A program made the position numbers and the translations under genes. From Haliangiales bacterium (GTDB lineage Bacteria > Myxococcota_A > Polyangia > Haliangiales > SHYZ01), in the NCBI GenBank assembly GCA_046595695.1, contig JBKJOI010000417.1, forward strand, positions 1 through 57,368: 57,368 nucleotides of DNA, given 5' to 3'. Within the stretch, counting starts at the first letter, position 1. The number at the start of each line of letters is the position of its first letter. This document shows positions 18,242-26,766 of the stretch, one piece after another. The notes under the pieces were generated by a model. That model was given only the letters and a program-made list of their open reading frames with translations, was not told the origin of the DNA and searched no databases.

Positions 18242-21022
18242 GTGCTGGGCGCCGGTTCGAGAGTTGCGCACTACGTGATCGAGGGACACCTGGGCCGCGG
18301 CGGCATGGGCGAGGTCTACGCGGCCTTCGACGAGCGGCTCGAGCGGCGTGTCGCGCTCAAGTTCCTGCCCGCGGAGCGCGTGCTCGACGTGGTCGCGCGC
18401 GGGCGCATGCTGCGCGAGGCGCGCGCGGCGTCGGCGCTCAAGCACCCCGGCATCGTGACGATCTACGAGATCGGCGACGCGGGCGGCCGCACCTTCATCG
18501 CCATGGAGATCGTCGAGGGCGAGACGCTCGCGCAGCTCTCAGGGCGGCGCGGGCCGCTGCCGCCCGTCGAGGCGGTCGGCCTGGTGCGTCAGATCGGCGA
18601 CGCGCTCGCGGTCGCGCACGAGGCCGGCATCCTGCACCGCGACGTCAAGACCGCGAACCTCATGATCGACGGGCGCGGCCAGGTGAAGGTGCTCGACTTC
18701 GGGCTGTCGAAGCGCGTGCCCGGCACCGGCGCGCCGAATTCGTCGCCGCCGCACGCGTCGTCGGGGCTGTACGCGACGGTGACCGGCCAGCAGCCGACCG
18801 AGGCCGACGACCAGGAGGGCGTCGATCCGGCCGGTCCCACGATCCTGCCGGTGTCGTCCCCGAGCCCGGCCCCCCCGGCCGCGCGCGCCACGCCGGCCTC
18901 GGATCCCATGACCATCCACGGCGCCCGCATGGGCACGCCCGGCAGCGCCGCGCCCGAGCTCATGCGCGGCGAGGAAGCCGACCGGCGCAGCGACGTGTTC
19001 TCGCTGGGCATCGTGCTCTACGAGCTGCTGTGCGGCCGCCGGCCGTTCCGCGCCGAGACCATGACGGCGCTGATCGAGCAGGTCAGCGCGGGCGCGTACG
19101 AGCGCGCCAGCCAGGTGAACCCGGCGGTGAACGCGCACCTCGACGCGACCATTGCGCGCGCGCTCGAGCCGCAGCGCGACGATCGCTTCGCGACGATCGG
19201 TGAGCTCGTCGACGCGGCGGTCGCGGCGGTCGGCGGCGCGGGTGCGGGTGCGCGCGGCGCGGCGGGCGCGCGCGGCGCGCTGGGTGCACGAACCTCGGGA
19301 CGCCGCCTCGCGCTGGCCGCGGCGGCCCTGCTGGGCGCCGGTGGCGCCACCCTCTGGCTCGTGCGCTCCGGCGCGACGAGCGGCGCGGGCGGGGACGGCA
19401 GCTCGACGCTGCCGGCAGCGATCGTGGCCAACGCCGCGCCGGTTCAGAGCGTACCGAAGCCCGCACCGGCGCCGCGCGCGCTCACGCGCCTCGGCGGCTG
19501 CGCCTACGCGCCCGCATTCGCCGACGACCGCACCGTCGCCTTCGACCTCACGATCGGCGAGGAGAACCACCTGTGGAGCGTGCCGCTCGCGGGCGGCGCA
19601 CCGCAGCAGCTCACCCGCGGCAGCTTGACCGAGTGGCGCGCGATGCCCGGCCGTGAGCCGGGCGAGGTCGTCTACCTGGTCTCGAATCCGGCCAGCAACA
19701 CCGGCGAGGGCGCCGGCGTCGCGGTGATGGACCTCGCCGGCGAGCGCAGCCAGATGGTGCTCAACCAGCTGGTGGTGACCGCCGCCTTCATCGGCGACGA
19801 GCTCTTCTACCTGCGGCGCGACGGTGCCGAGCTCCGGCGCGTGCACGACGGCGTCGACGAGGTCGTGCTCACCTTCCCGGGCGACATGACCGTGAAGATC
19901 ATGGGCGTGTCGCACGACCAGAGGCGCGTCGCGCTGCTCGCGGGCGCGCCGGGCACGCCGCGCGTGTGCCGCCTCGACCTCGTCGACAAGAAGGTCGAGT
20001 GCCTGAAGACGCGGCGCCTGGGCCCGGGCCGGCCGGCGTTCTCGCTCGACGACACGTGGATCTACTACGCCGGGTTCCAGGGCATCGGTCGCGTGCGCGT
20101 CGACGGCAGCGCCGACGAGCTGGTGCTGCCCGACGTGTTCGCGCTGGGCGGCGTCGCGGTGTCACCCGACGGCGGACAGCTCGTCTACTCCGACTGCTAC
20201 GCGCGTGGCGCGCTGCTCGACACCGGCGAGACGCCGCCGCGCGAGCTGACCGCGTCGGGGCGCATCGGGGATCCCGCCGCCGGGCCCGACGGCCGGGTGG
20301 CTTACGCGCTCGCCACCGCCAGCGGTAGCGCGCTCATGCTGCGCCAGCCCGACGGTACGACGCGGCAGCTCGTCGGCCCGTTCGATCGGCGCATCGGCCA
20401 GCCGCGCTTCTCGCGCGACGGCCAGCACATTGTCTTCGTGCTCGCGGGCGTCGGGCTCTACACGCTGCAGCTCGACGGCGCGCAGGTGCTCGCGCCCATG
20501 TCGCTCACCACCGACGCGAGCGATGGTGATCCGGCCTGGCTCGCCGACGGCAGGATCGCCTTCACGCGCACCGGCGGCGACGCCGCCGGCTCCTACGTGG
20601 TCGACCTGCAGGGCGGCACACCCAGACGCCTGGGCAACGTGCCGAGGCGCACCATCGGCACGCTCGCGAACGGCCGCGTGCTCTTGCTCGGGGTCGATTC
20701 GGTGAGCTTCTTCGAGTGGGATCCGGTGCGCAAGCGTGAGTACAAGTCAGCGATCTCGATGGGCGAATACGGCCGCGTCGTGGGTGTGGCGACGGCGCCG
20801 GGCGGTCGCTGGCTGGCGGTGCAGGCGGGCACCTTCGCCCAGCGCGTGTACCGCTTCGATCTATCCCTGGCGAAGCCCGAGCCCGAGCTCGCGTTCGAGG
20901 CAAAGAAGGGCCAGACGATGGGCACGATCGCGATCACCGACACGGGTCACGTGCTGGCCGCGCCGATGACCTGGTCGGGCGAGCTGAACGTGCTGGAGGC
21001 GGCGCCCGGGCAGCGGTTCTGA
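18242..21022 (+). CDS. Ser/Thr protein kinase with C-terminal TolB-like beta-propeller domain
   Basis: Kinase motifs GRGGMGEVY, ALKFL, HRDVKTANLMI, DFGLSK and GTPGSAAPE are present. A TM segment (LALAAAALLGAGGATLWLV) follows, then about 500 aa with repeated SPDG/DG-R motifs. Confidence 0.9.
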   Translation: MLGAGSRVAHYVIEGHLGRGGMGEVYAAFDERLERRVALKFLPAERVLDVVARGRMLREARAASALKHPGIVTIYEIGDAGGRTFIAMEIVEGETLAQLSGRRGPLPPVEAVGLVRQIGDALAVAHEAGILHRDVKTANLMIDGRGQVKVLDFGLSKRVPGTGAPNSSPPHASSGLYATVTGQQPTEADDQEGVDPAGPTILPVSSPSPAPPAARATPASDPMTIHGARMGTPGSAAPELMRGEEADRRSDVFSLGIVLYELLCGRRPFRAETMTALIEQVSAGAYERASQVNPAVNAHLDATIARALEPQRDDRFATIGELVDAAVAAVGGAGAGARGAAGARGALGARTSGRRLALAAAALLGAGGATLWLVRSGATSGAGGDGSSTLPAAIVANAAPVQSVPKPAPAPRALTRLGGCAYAPAFADDRTVAFDLTIGEENHLWSVPLAGGAPQQLTRGSLTEWRAMPGREPGEVVYLVSNPASNTGEGAGVAVMDLAGERSQMVLNQLVVTAAFIGDELFYLRRDGAELRRVHDGVDEVVLTFPGDMTVKIMGVSHDQRRVALLAGAPGTPRVCRLDLVDKKVECLKTRRLGPGRPAFSLDDTWIYYAGFQGIGRVRVDGSADELVLPDVFALGGVAVSPDGGQLVYSDCYARGALLDTGETPPRELTASGRIGDPAAGPDGRVAYALATASGSALMLRQPDGTTRQLVGPFDRRIGQPRFSRDGQHIVFVLAGVGLYTLQLDGAQVLAPMSLTTDASDGDPAWLADGRIAFTRTGGDAAGSYVVDLQGGTPRRLGNVPRRTIGTLANGRVLLLGVDSVSFFEWDPVRKREYKSAISMGEYGRVVGVATAPGGRWLAVQAGTFAQRVYRFDLSLAKPEPELAFEAKKGQTMGTIAITDTGHVLAAPMTWSGELNVLEAAPGQRF

Positions 21023-21213
21023 GCGCGCGGCAAACAAGGCGCGATCCATTCAGGATCAAGGAGCGCGCGGCGGAGGTCCGTGCCGCGGATCGCATCCTGA
21101 CCGCGGCCCGGTCTGGCATGCGTTCTGCTTTCGCTCGACCACGGAGGCCACTCATGACCACGACTCTTCCGGCGACATCACAAGCTGGGACCAGCAGCCA
21201 TCGCGCGTCCTCG

Positions 21214-21666
21214 ATGCTTACACTCGCCGGGTTCATCCTCGTCTGCCAGGCGGCCGGCCTGCTCGGTACGTTGTTCGGCAACACCGGCTTCTATCGAGAG
21301 CTCCAGCAGCCCGCCTGGGCGCCGCCTGCGGCGATCTTCGGGCCCGTCTGGATCGTGCTCTACACGCTGATGGGCGTCGCGGGCTGGCTGGTGTGGCGAG
21401 CGCCCGCGTCGCCGGCGCGGCGGCTGGCGCTCACGTTGTTCGCCGTCCAGCTCGTGCTGAACGCGATGTGGACGCCGATCTTCTTCGGCCTGGAGAACAT
21501 CGCGTTGGCGCTCGTGGTGATCCTCGCGATGGTGCTGACGATTGCGGCGACCACGGCGCGGCTCTGGAAGGTGTCACGCCCGGCGTCGTTCCTGTTCGTG
21601 CCGTACCTGGCCTGGGTGGGCTTCGCAGCGGCGCTGAACTTTGCGCTGTGGCAGCTGAACGGATGA
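21214..21666 (+). CDS. tspO: TspO/MBR tryptophan-rich sensory protein
   Basis: PAWAPPAAIFGPVWIVLYTLMGVAGWLVW, LNAMWTPIFFG and VPYLAWVGFAAALNFALW are present. The ORF opens at 21118, but the first ~30 codons are A/T-ending, so the ATG at 21214 is preferred (start uncertain). Confidence 0.8.
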   Translation: MLTLAGFILVCQAAGLLGTLFGNTGFYRELQQPAWAPPAAIFGPVWIVLYTLMGVAGWLVWRAPASPARRLALTLFAVQLVLNAMWTPIFFGLENIALALVVILAMVLTIAATTARLWKVSRPASFLFVPYLAWVGFAAALNFALWQLNG

Positions 21667-21743
21667 CGGAGCGGGTGCGCGGGGCGCGCGGGTCCGAGGC
21701 GCACGCTGTGGCGCGGCCGCACACCAGTGGCGGGTCATGGGGC

Positions 21744-22856
21744 TCACGTTTCGCGCGATTCGCCGAGGACCTCGAAGTCCACGAGGCGCTGCAGCAGCGC
21801 GCCGTCCACGGTCACACCGTCCTCGCGGCGCATCTCGGCGAGCACCTCGACGACCGGCCGGCCGTCGAAGCGATGCAGTGAATCGATCAGCGCCGTGGGC
21901 AGCTCGATCGGGTCGTACGCACGGTAGGTGCTGACGCGGCACGAGCCGCCGGCCTGGGGCAGCACGTGCAGCGCGCGCGCCCGCAGCCGGCGCGGCACCT
22001 CGTGGGATTGCACCCGCGCGTGGGCGGCGGTGAGCAGGACGAGCTGCGCCTTCAGCTCGACGCCGCCGAGCGCGCACAGCTCCGACCACGGCACCGCGCG
22101 CGCGATCGCCCAGGACGCGCGGTAGAAGGCACGCTCGCGATCGACCCAGTCGCCCCAGCCGAGCGCGTACGCCGCGGGATCCGGCGGCGGCGGCGACTCG
22201 ACCTCGGGGCTGGTCGGAAAGGCGCGGCGCAGCGCGCCCGCGCCGAGGCCGGTCTCGAGCACGCAGTGGCGCGCGAGCGCGTGCTCGGCCGCGCGCAGCG
22301 TCGCCTTCACGGCGCTCCAGAACTCGCGGCCGAGCGCGCCGCGGTCGTGCCGGCAGAACCAGGTCGCGCACACCGCCTCGCGGTACGCCCAGATCGTGCA
22401 GCCGCCGCGTTCCTCGGCGTAGTGTGGGCAGCGTAGGCTGGGCGTGCGGCCGAAGCCCTCGGCCGAGCGCGTCGCCTCGCGGTAGAGCAGGTCGTAGGCC
22501 CACGGGCGCGCGAGCCCGAGCGGCGAGACGCCGTCGCGGGCATCGATGCGGCGCTCGACCGAGGCGCGTCCGGCGGCGAAGCCGGCGCTGTCGTCCTCGA
22601 GCATGGCGCCGACGAGGAAGTTGGCGAGCTGCGGCTGGTAGGTGCAGCACTTCGTCGACTCGTCGAAGTAGGCGATGTCGGAGGGCGCGGAGGGTGCGCG
22701 CGCTGCGGTCGGCGCGGGTGCGGCAGGTCGGCACATGACGCAGCGGTCGCACGTCGCCGTTTGCTCCTCGGGCGCCGCGGCGCCGAGGGCCTCCTGCAGC
22801 CACTGCTCGTGAAGCGGAGGTAGCGTTTCTCCACTGTAGTACCCTCCTGGAAGCAT
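21744..22856 (-). CDS. hypothetical Cys-cluster protein
   Basis: Good codon bias. Cys motifs are CDRCVMC, KCCTYQP, RCPHY..GGCTIW and CATWFC. I cannot name a family with confidence. The ATG at 22856 is preferred over the TTG at 22913. Confidence 0.6.
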   Translation of the reverse strand: MLPGGYYSGETLPPLHEQWLQEALGAAAPEEQTATCDRCVMCRPAAPAPTAARAPSAPSDIAYFDESTKCCTYQPQLANFLVGAMLEDDSAGFAAGRASVERRIDARDGVSPLGLARPWAYDLLYREATRSAEGFGRTPSLRCPHYAEERGGCTIWAYREAVCATWFCRHDRGALGREFWSAVKATLRAAEHALARHCVLETGLGAGALRRAFPTSPEVESPPPPDPAAYALGWGDWVDRERAFYRASWAIARAVPWSELCALGGVELKAQLVLLTAAHARVQSHEVPRRLRARALHVLPQAGGSCRVSTYRAYDPIELPTALIDSLHRFDGRPVVEVLAEMRREDGVTVDGALLQRLVDFEVLGESRET

Positions 22857-23790
22857 GCCCAGGGGCCGTCTGCTCGTTGCCGATCGCAACCTCGAGTTCC
22901 TCGGCAAGACCAACGACGTGCTGCGGGCCGCCGGCTACGACGTGGTGCAAGCGCACGACGGGCGCCGCGTGCTCGAGCTGGTGGTCTCGAAGGCACGACC
23001 GGTCGACGGCCTGATCTTGCACTTTGCGCTCGACGGCATCGACGGCATCGAGGTGTGCCGCCAGCTGCGCGATCGTGACGAGACCCTGCCCTGCTACCTC
23101 ATGATCCCGCACGACGACGACGAGCTGGTCGCGCAGTGCCTCGAGGCCGGCGCGCGCAACGTGCTGGTGCGTCCGCTCAAGCGCACCGAGCTGCTCTTCG
23201 CGGCGCGCTCGCTGATGAACCTGCGCTCGCTCCTGCGCGCGGCGCGCGGCGGCGGTGACGGCTCCGCGGCGATGGTCTCGCGGCGGGCGCCCCCGCCTCC
23301 GCCGCACGGCAAGAACGCCGACGAGCGCGCGAGCTTCTTCCAGTTCGAGCTGTTCAAGCGGTTGCTCGCGATCGAGCTGAAGCGCTCCAAGCGCTACGAC
23401 TTCCCGCTGTCGCTCCTGCTGGTGGCGCCCGACGGCGAGCCCATTCTGTCCCTCGCGGCCGGCGGCCACGTCGAGGGCTTCGACGCCGACGCCAGCCAGA
23501 TCGTCGCGCGCGCCGTACAGCAGGCCATCCGCGACATCGATATCCCCATGCACTTCGCCGACGACATCCTCATGGTCGTCATGCCGCACACCGACGCCGA
23601 CGGCGCCCACCTGGTCGCCGAGCGCATCCGCCGCAAGGCCCGCTCCGGCGAGGGCGCCATCACCGTGTCCATCGGCGTCACCAGCATGACCGGCGCCGCC
23701 AAGCCTACCTACGCCCAGCTCGTCGCGCGCGCCAAGCTCGCCCTCCGCGCCGCCCGCAAGGCCGGCGGCGACTCCGTCCGCGTCGGCTGA
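22855..23790 (+). CDS. pseudo-receiver domain fused to a degenerate GGDEF domain
   Basis: The N-terminal CheY-like fold (LLVADRN...DGLILHFALDGIDG) has His where the phospho-Asp is expected. The C-terminal GGDEF-like domain has ADDIL in place of GGDEF (FADDILMVVMPHTDADGA...ITVSIGV). Confidence 0.75.
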   Translation: MPRGRLLVADRNLEFLGKTNDVLRAAGYDVVQAHDGRRVLELVVSKARPVDGLILHFALDGIDGIEVCRQLRDRDETLPCYLMIPHDDDELVAQCLEAGARNVLVRPLKRTELLFAARSLMNLRSLLRAARGGGDGSAAMVSRRAPPPPPHGKNADERASFFQFELFKRLLAIELKRSKRYDFPLSLLLVAPDGEPILSLAAGGHVEGFDADASQIVARAVQQAIRDIDIPMHFADDILMVVMPHTDADGAHLVAERIRRKARSGEGAITVSIGVTSMTGAAKPTYAQLVARAKLALRAARKAGGDSVRVG

Positions 23791-23794
23791 CTTC

Positions 23795-23886
23795 GGGGAC
23801 GGTGTACAGGATCTTACTTTCTTACTTTCGGGCCGAAAGCAGGAAAGTAAGATCCTGTACACCGTCCCCGAAAGTAAGATTTCAGG
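23795..23886. repeat. palindromic intergenic element, copy 2
   Basis: The arms at 23795-23821 and 23843-23869 are exact reverse complements (27/27). It has the same tail GAAAGTAAGATTTCAGG as copy 1 and an 8-nt insertion (CAGGAAAG) in the loop relative to copy 1. Confidence 0.85.
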
Positions 23887-24880
23887 CGGGAGTGCCCTGG
23901 CGCTGCACGCGGCGGGCAACTTCGAGGAGGGGCTCGAAGCGGTAGTCGTGGGCCAGGCGGCCCAGGGTGGCCTCGAAGGCTCGCTGCTTGACCGAGAGCG
24001 AGGCGCGTAGATCGGGCTGACGGGCGACCAGCTCGGCGGGGATGCCGTCGCGGTCGGCGTCGATGAGATCGATGCCGTGCAGCTCGAAGTTGAAGAACGG
24101 GCGCGCGAGCATGTCGTTCATCCAGCGCGCCCGCAGCGCGGTGGGCGCGAGCAGGAGCGACGTGCCGATCGCGGGGATGCGCAGGCCAGGGGTCACCGCG
24201 ATGGGGAGCTCGACCAGCGGCGACTGCCCGCGTCGCCATGGCGCGCGCGGGTGTGGCCGGTACGGGTCGCAGGGCGCGGTCAACGCGCGCGGGTTGGTCA
24301 TGACCGCGCCGCTCTTGCGCCCGAGCACGCGCAGGCCCGCCATGACCACCGCCTTCGCGGCGTAGTAGCCCGGCGCCGGGAACATCGACGAGTCGTAGAC
24401 GTAGCCGAGCGACGCCAGCGCCTCGAGCATCGCCGGCGACAGGTCGTAGCCGGGCGCGCGGAAGCCGAGCGGCGCGACGCCCGCCGACGCCTCGGTGATG
24501 ATCGCGTGCGCCCGCGCGATCTCGTCCTTCGCGCGCGCCGCCGGCCAGCGCGCCATGTCGTAGGCGTGCTCGTGGCTGTGGCTCGCGACCTCGTGGCCGG
24601 CCGCCAGCATGTCGCGCACGAGCGCACGAGCCGCCTTGCCCGCAGCGCCGCCCGCCGCCAGGTCCGAGCCGACGACGAAGAACGTGGCGCGCACGCCGTT
24701 GCGCGCGAACACGTCGAGGAAGCGCGGCACCGCGCGCCGCAGCACCACGTCGGCGAGCGCCAGCGGGTGCGGCCCGAGCGCATGGATGCGGTAGTAGCAG
24801 GAGAGCGGATCGAGATCGACGCTCACGCTGCAGACGCGTGCGTGCACAGCCGTAGCCCACGGGCCACCGCCTTGCGGCAT
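23882..24880 (-). CDS. polysaccharide deacetylase (CE4/NodB-homology, ArnD-like)
   Basis: The ATG at 24880 gives MPQGGGPW... (332 aa). Motifs include [21 protein letters not shown] and LGFRAPGY. It starts 2 nt after the GT2 stop. Confidence 0.8.
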   Translation of the reverse strand: MPQGGGPWATAVHARVCSVSVDLDPLSCYYRIHALGPHPLALADVVLRRAVPRFLDVFARNGVRATFFVVGSDLAAGGAAGKAARALVRDMLAAGHEVASHSHEHAYDMARWPAARAKDEIARAHAIITEASAGVAPLGFRAPGYDLSPAMLEALASLGYVYDSSMFPAPGYYAAKAVVMAGLRVLGRKSGAVMTNPRALTAPCDPYRPHPRAPWRRGQSPLVELPIAVTPGLRIPAIGTSLLLAPTALRARWMNDMLARPFFNFELHGIDLIDADRDGIPAELVARQPDLRASLSVKQRAFEATLGRLAHDYRFEPLLEVARRVQRQGTPA

Positions 24881-24882
24881 CG

Positions 24883-25623
24883 TCAGGCCTTGCGGCTCCG
24901 CTGGACCTTGCGGTTCAGACGGATCGCCACCGTCAGCTTGACCAGATTCTTGAGCACGTTGGGCACGCGCTTGGTCAGGTTGATCGACGGCTTGCGCTTC
25001 TCCTTGATGACCAGCGGGATCTCGACGACGCGCTTGTGCTCGCGGCCCGCGCGCACCACCAGCTCGGAGGCGAACAGGTCCTTGTCGACGATGCAGTGGC
25101 CGACGGTGTCGAGCAGCGCCTCGCGCCGGAACGCCTTCAGGCCGTGCGTGTCGGTGCCCTTGAAGCCAACCGCGACGCGCAGCATGCCGTTCAGCACCAG
25201 CGTGGCCGCGTGGCGGAACAGGGGCCGGTCGTCCTGCGCGCCCTCCATGACCTTCGAGCCGACCACCAGGTCGGCCTTGCCGGCCTCGAGGATGGCCATG
25301 GCGCGCGTGTAGAAATCGACGTCGCAGAGGTCGATCTCGTCGCAGATCACGAAGGTGCCGCGCGCGCGCAGGATGCCCTCGCGCAGCGCCTTGCCGTAGT
25401 TCGGCTCGCCCAGCGAGTGCACCTGCACCTGCGGGGCGGTGCGCGCGTACTCCTGGCCGAGCTCGACGGTGCGGTCGCGCGAGCCGTTCTCCGAGACCAG
25501 GATCTCGTAGCTCCACGGCAGCGCGGCCAGCTTGGCGCGCAGCTCCGTCAGCGAGTCGAGGAGGATCTTCTCCTCGTTGTATACCGGGATGACGATGGAG
25601 ACGTACGGCGTTTCCGCGCCCAT
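24883..25623 (-). CDS. family 2 glycosyltransferase (polyprenyl-phosphate sugar synthase-like, DPM1/ArnC/GtrB type)
   Basis: The ATG at 25623 gives [27 protein letters not shown] and ICDEID (DxD-like) follow, with a basic amphipathic C-terminus. The track ORF has a spurious 101-aa extension. Confidence 0.8.
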   Translation of the reverse strand: MGAETPYVSIVIPVYNEEKILLDSLTELRAKLAALPWSYEILVSENGSRDRTVELGQEYARTAPQVQVHSLGEPNYGKALREGILRARGTFVICDEIDLCDVDFYTRAMAILEAGKADLVVGSKVMEGAQDDRPLFRHAATLVLNGMLRVAVGFKGTDTHGLKAFRREALLDTVGHCIVDKDLFASELVVRAGREHKRVVEIPLVIKEKRKPSINLTKRVPNVLKNLVKLTVAIRLNRKVQRSRKA

Positions 25624-25699
25624 GAGGAGGCCGGTACATAGCACGTTTCTTGCGCCGACACCCTCGGTTCGACAGGATGTCATAGTGGTAGCCACGGTC

Positions 25700-26629
25700 A
25701 TGGGGACGCGCGCCCGACAGGAGCTCGAGGAAGCCCTCGATCGTTCGCGTCGCGAGGAGCTCGACGAGCTGCATCGCGCCTGGCGCGGCGCGCGCCGCTC
25801 CAGCCTGCTCCTGGCCTGGGCCGGCGCCTGGTTGCGCCGGCAGAAGCGCGCCACCGCCGAGCCGCTGCCCGACGTGCGCAGCGGTGAGGTCGGCCTCACC
25901 TGGGCCGGCCACGCCTCGGTGGTCATCCGCTACGCGCGCCTGGTCGTCGCCGCTGACCCCATGCTGGGCGGCCGGCTGGGCCTGGTGAAGCGCGCGGTCT
26001 CGGCCGGGCTCACGCCCGCCGAGATGGGCGACGTCGGCCTCATCCTCATCTCGAACGGCGATCCGGATCACCTGCACGTGCCGACGCTGGCACAGATGCC
26101 GCGCGACGCGACGGTGGTGCTGCCGCCGCGCTGCGCCGGCCGGGTCTCGCAGCTCGGCTTCGCGCGCACCGTCGAGCTGGGCGCCTGGCAGTCGCTGTCG
26201 CACCGCGGCGTCGAGGTCACCTCGGTGCCGGTGCACCACGAGTCGGAGCGCGGGCGCGGCTCGTGCGCGTGGTTCGTGCGCGGCGACGGACCGAGCGTGC
26301 TGTTCTGCGGCGCCTCGGGCTACGGCGCGCACTGGCTCGAGGCCGGCCGCCGCTTCCGCCCCGACGTAGCGGTGCTGCCCATCGGCGGCTACGCCCCGGC
26401 GCGGCTGCGCGATCACTTCATGTCGCCGCTCGACGCCCTGTTCGCCTTCGAGGATCTGGGCGCGCGCATGCTCATCCCGATCCGCCACGGCACCTTCCAG
26501 CTGTCCTACGAGCGGCTCGACGAGCCGCTGCGCTGGCTCGCCAACCTCGTCGAGGAGCGCGGCCTCGAGGGCCACGTCGGCACGCTCGCCCCCGGCGCAT
26601 CGCGCAAGTTCACCGTCGCGACGCCGTAG
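25700..26629 (+). CDS. MBL-fold (NAPE-PLD-like) hydrolase homologue with degenerate metal motif
   Basis: The ATG at 25700 gives MGTRARQ... [12 protein letters not shown] is present. [11 protein letters not shown] sits where HxHxDH is expected. The C-terminal block is PIGGY...MSP.DA...[14 protein letters not shown]. Confidence 0.7.
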   Translation: MGTRARQELEEALDRSRREELDELHRAWRGARRSSLLLAWAGAWLRRQKRATAEPLPDVRSGEVGLTWAGHASVVIRYARLVVAADPMLGGRLGLVKRAVSAGLTPAEMGDVGLILISNGDPDHLHVPTLAQMPRDATVVLPPRCAGRVSQLGFARTVELGAWQSLSHRGVEVTSVPVHHESERGRGSCAWFVRGDGPSVLFCGASGYGAHWLEAGRRFRPDVAVLPIGGYAPARLRDHFMSPLDALFAFEDLGARMLIPIRHGTFQLSYERLDEPLRWLANLVEERGLEGHVGTLAPGASRKFTVATP

Positions 26630-26698
26630 CCACGCCGTAGCCACGCCGTAGCCACGCCGAGTCCCTCCGTAGCCGCGCCGAGTCACTCCGTAGCTCGG
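26621..26698. repeat. 11-bp tandem array (ACGCCGTAGCC x3, then degenerate units)
   Basis: Three exact units lie at 26621-26653, followed by about 4 diverged units. The array begins at the MBL gene stop codon. Confidence 0.75.
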
Positions 26699-26766
26699 CC
26701 GTCGCCTCCCCTGCGCGCGGCCTTCCGCCACCTCGCCCCTTCTGCTACGGTGCGCGGCGACAGTGG

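Noticed and set aside
18254-18261. tRNA T-loop-like GGTTCGAG
   Set aside because: It lies inside the kinase coding frame (codons for GAGSRV) and has no acceptor or anticodon stems around it. I saw no tRNA-like cloverleaf anywhere in the window.
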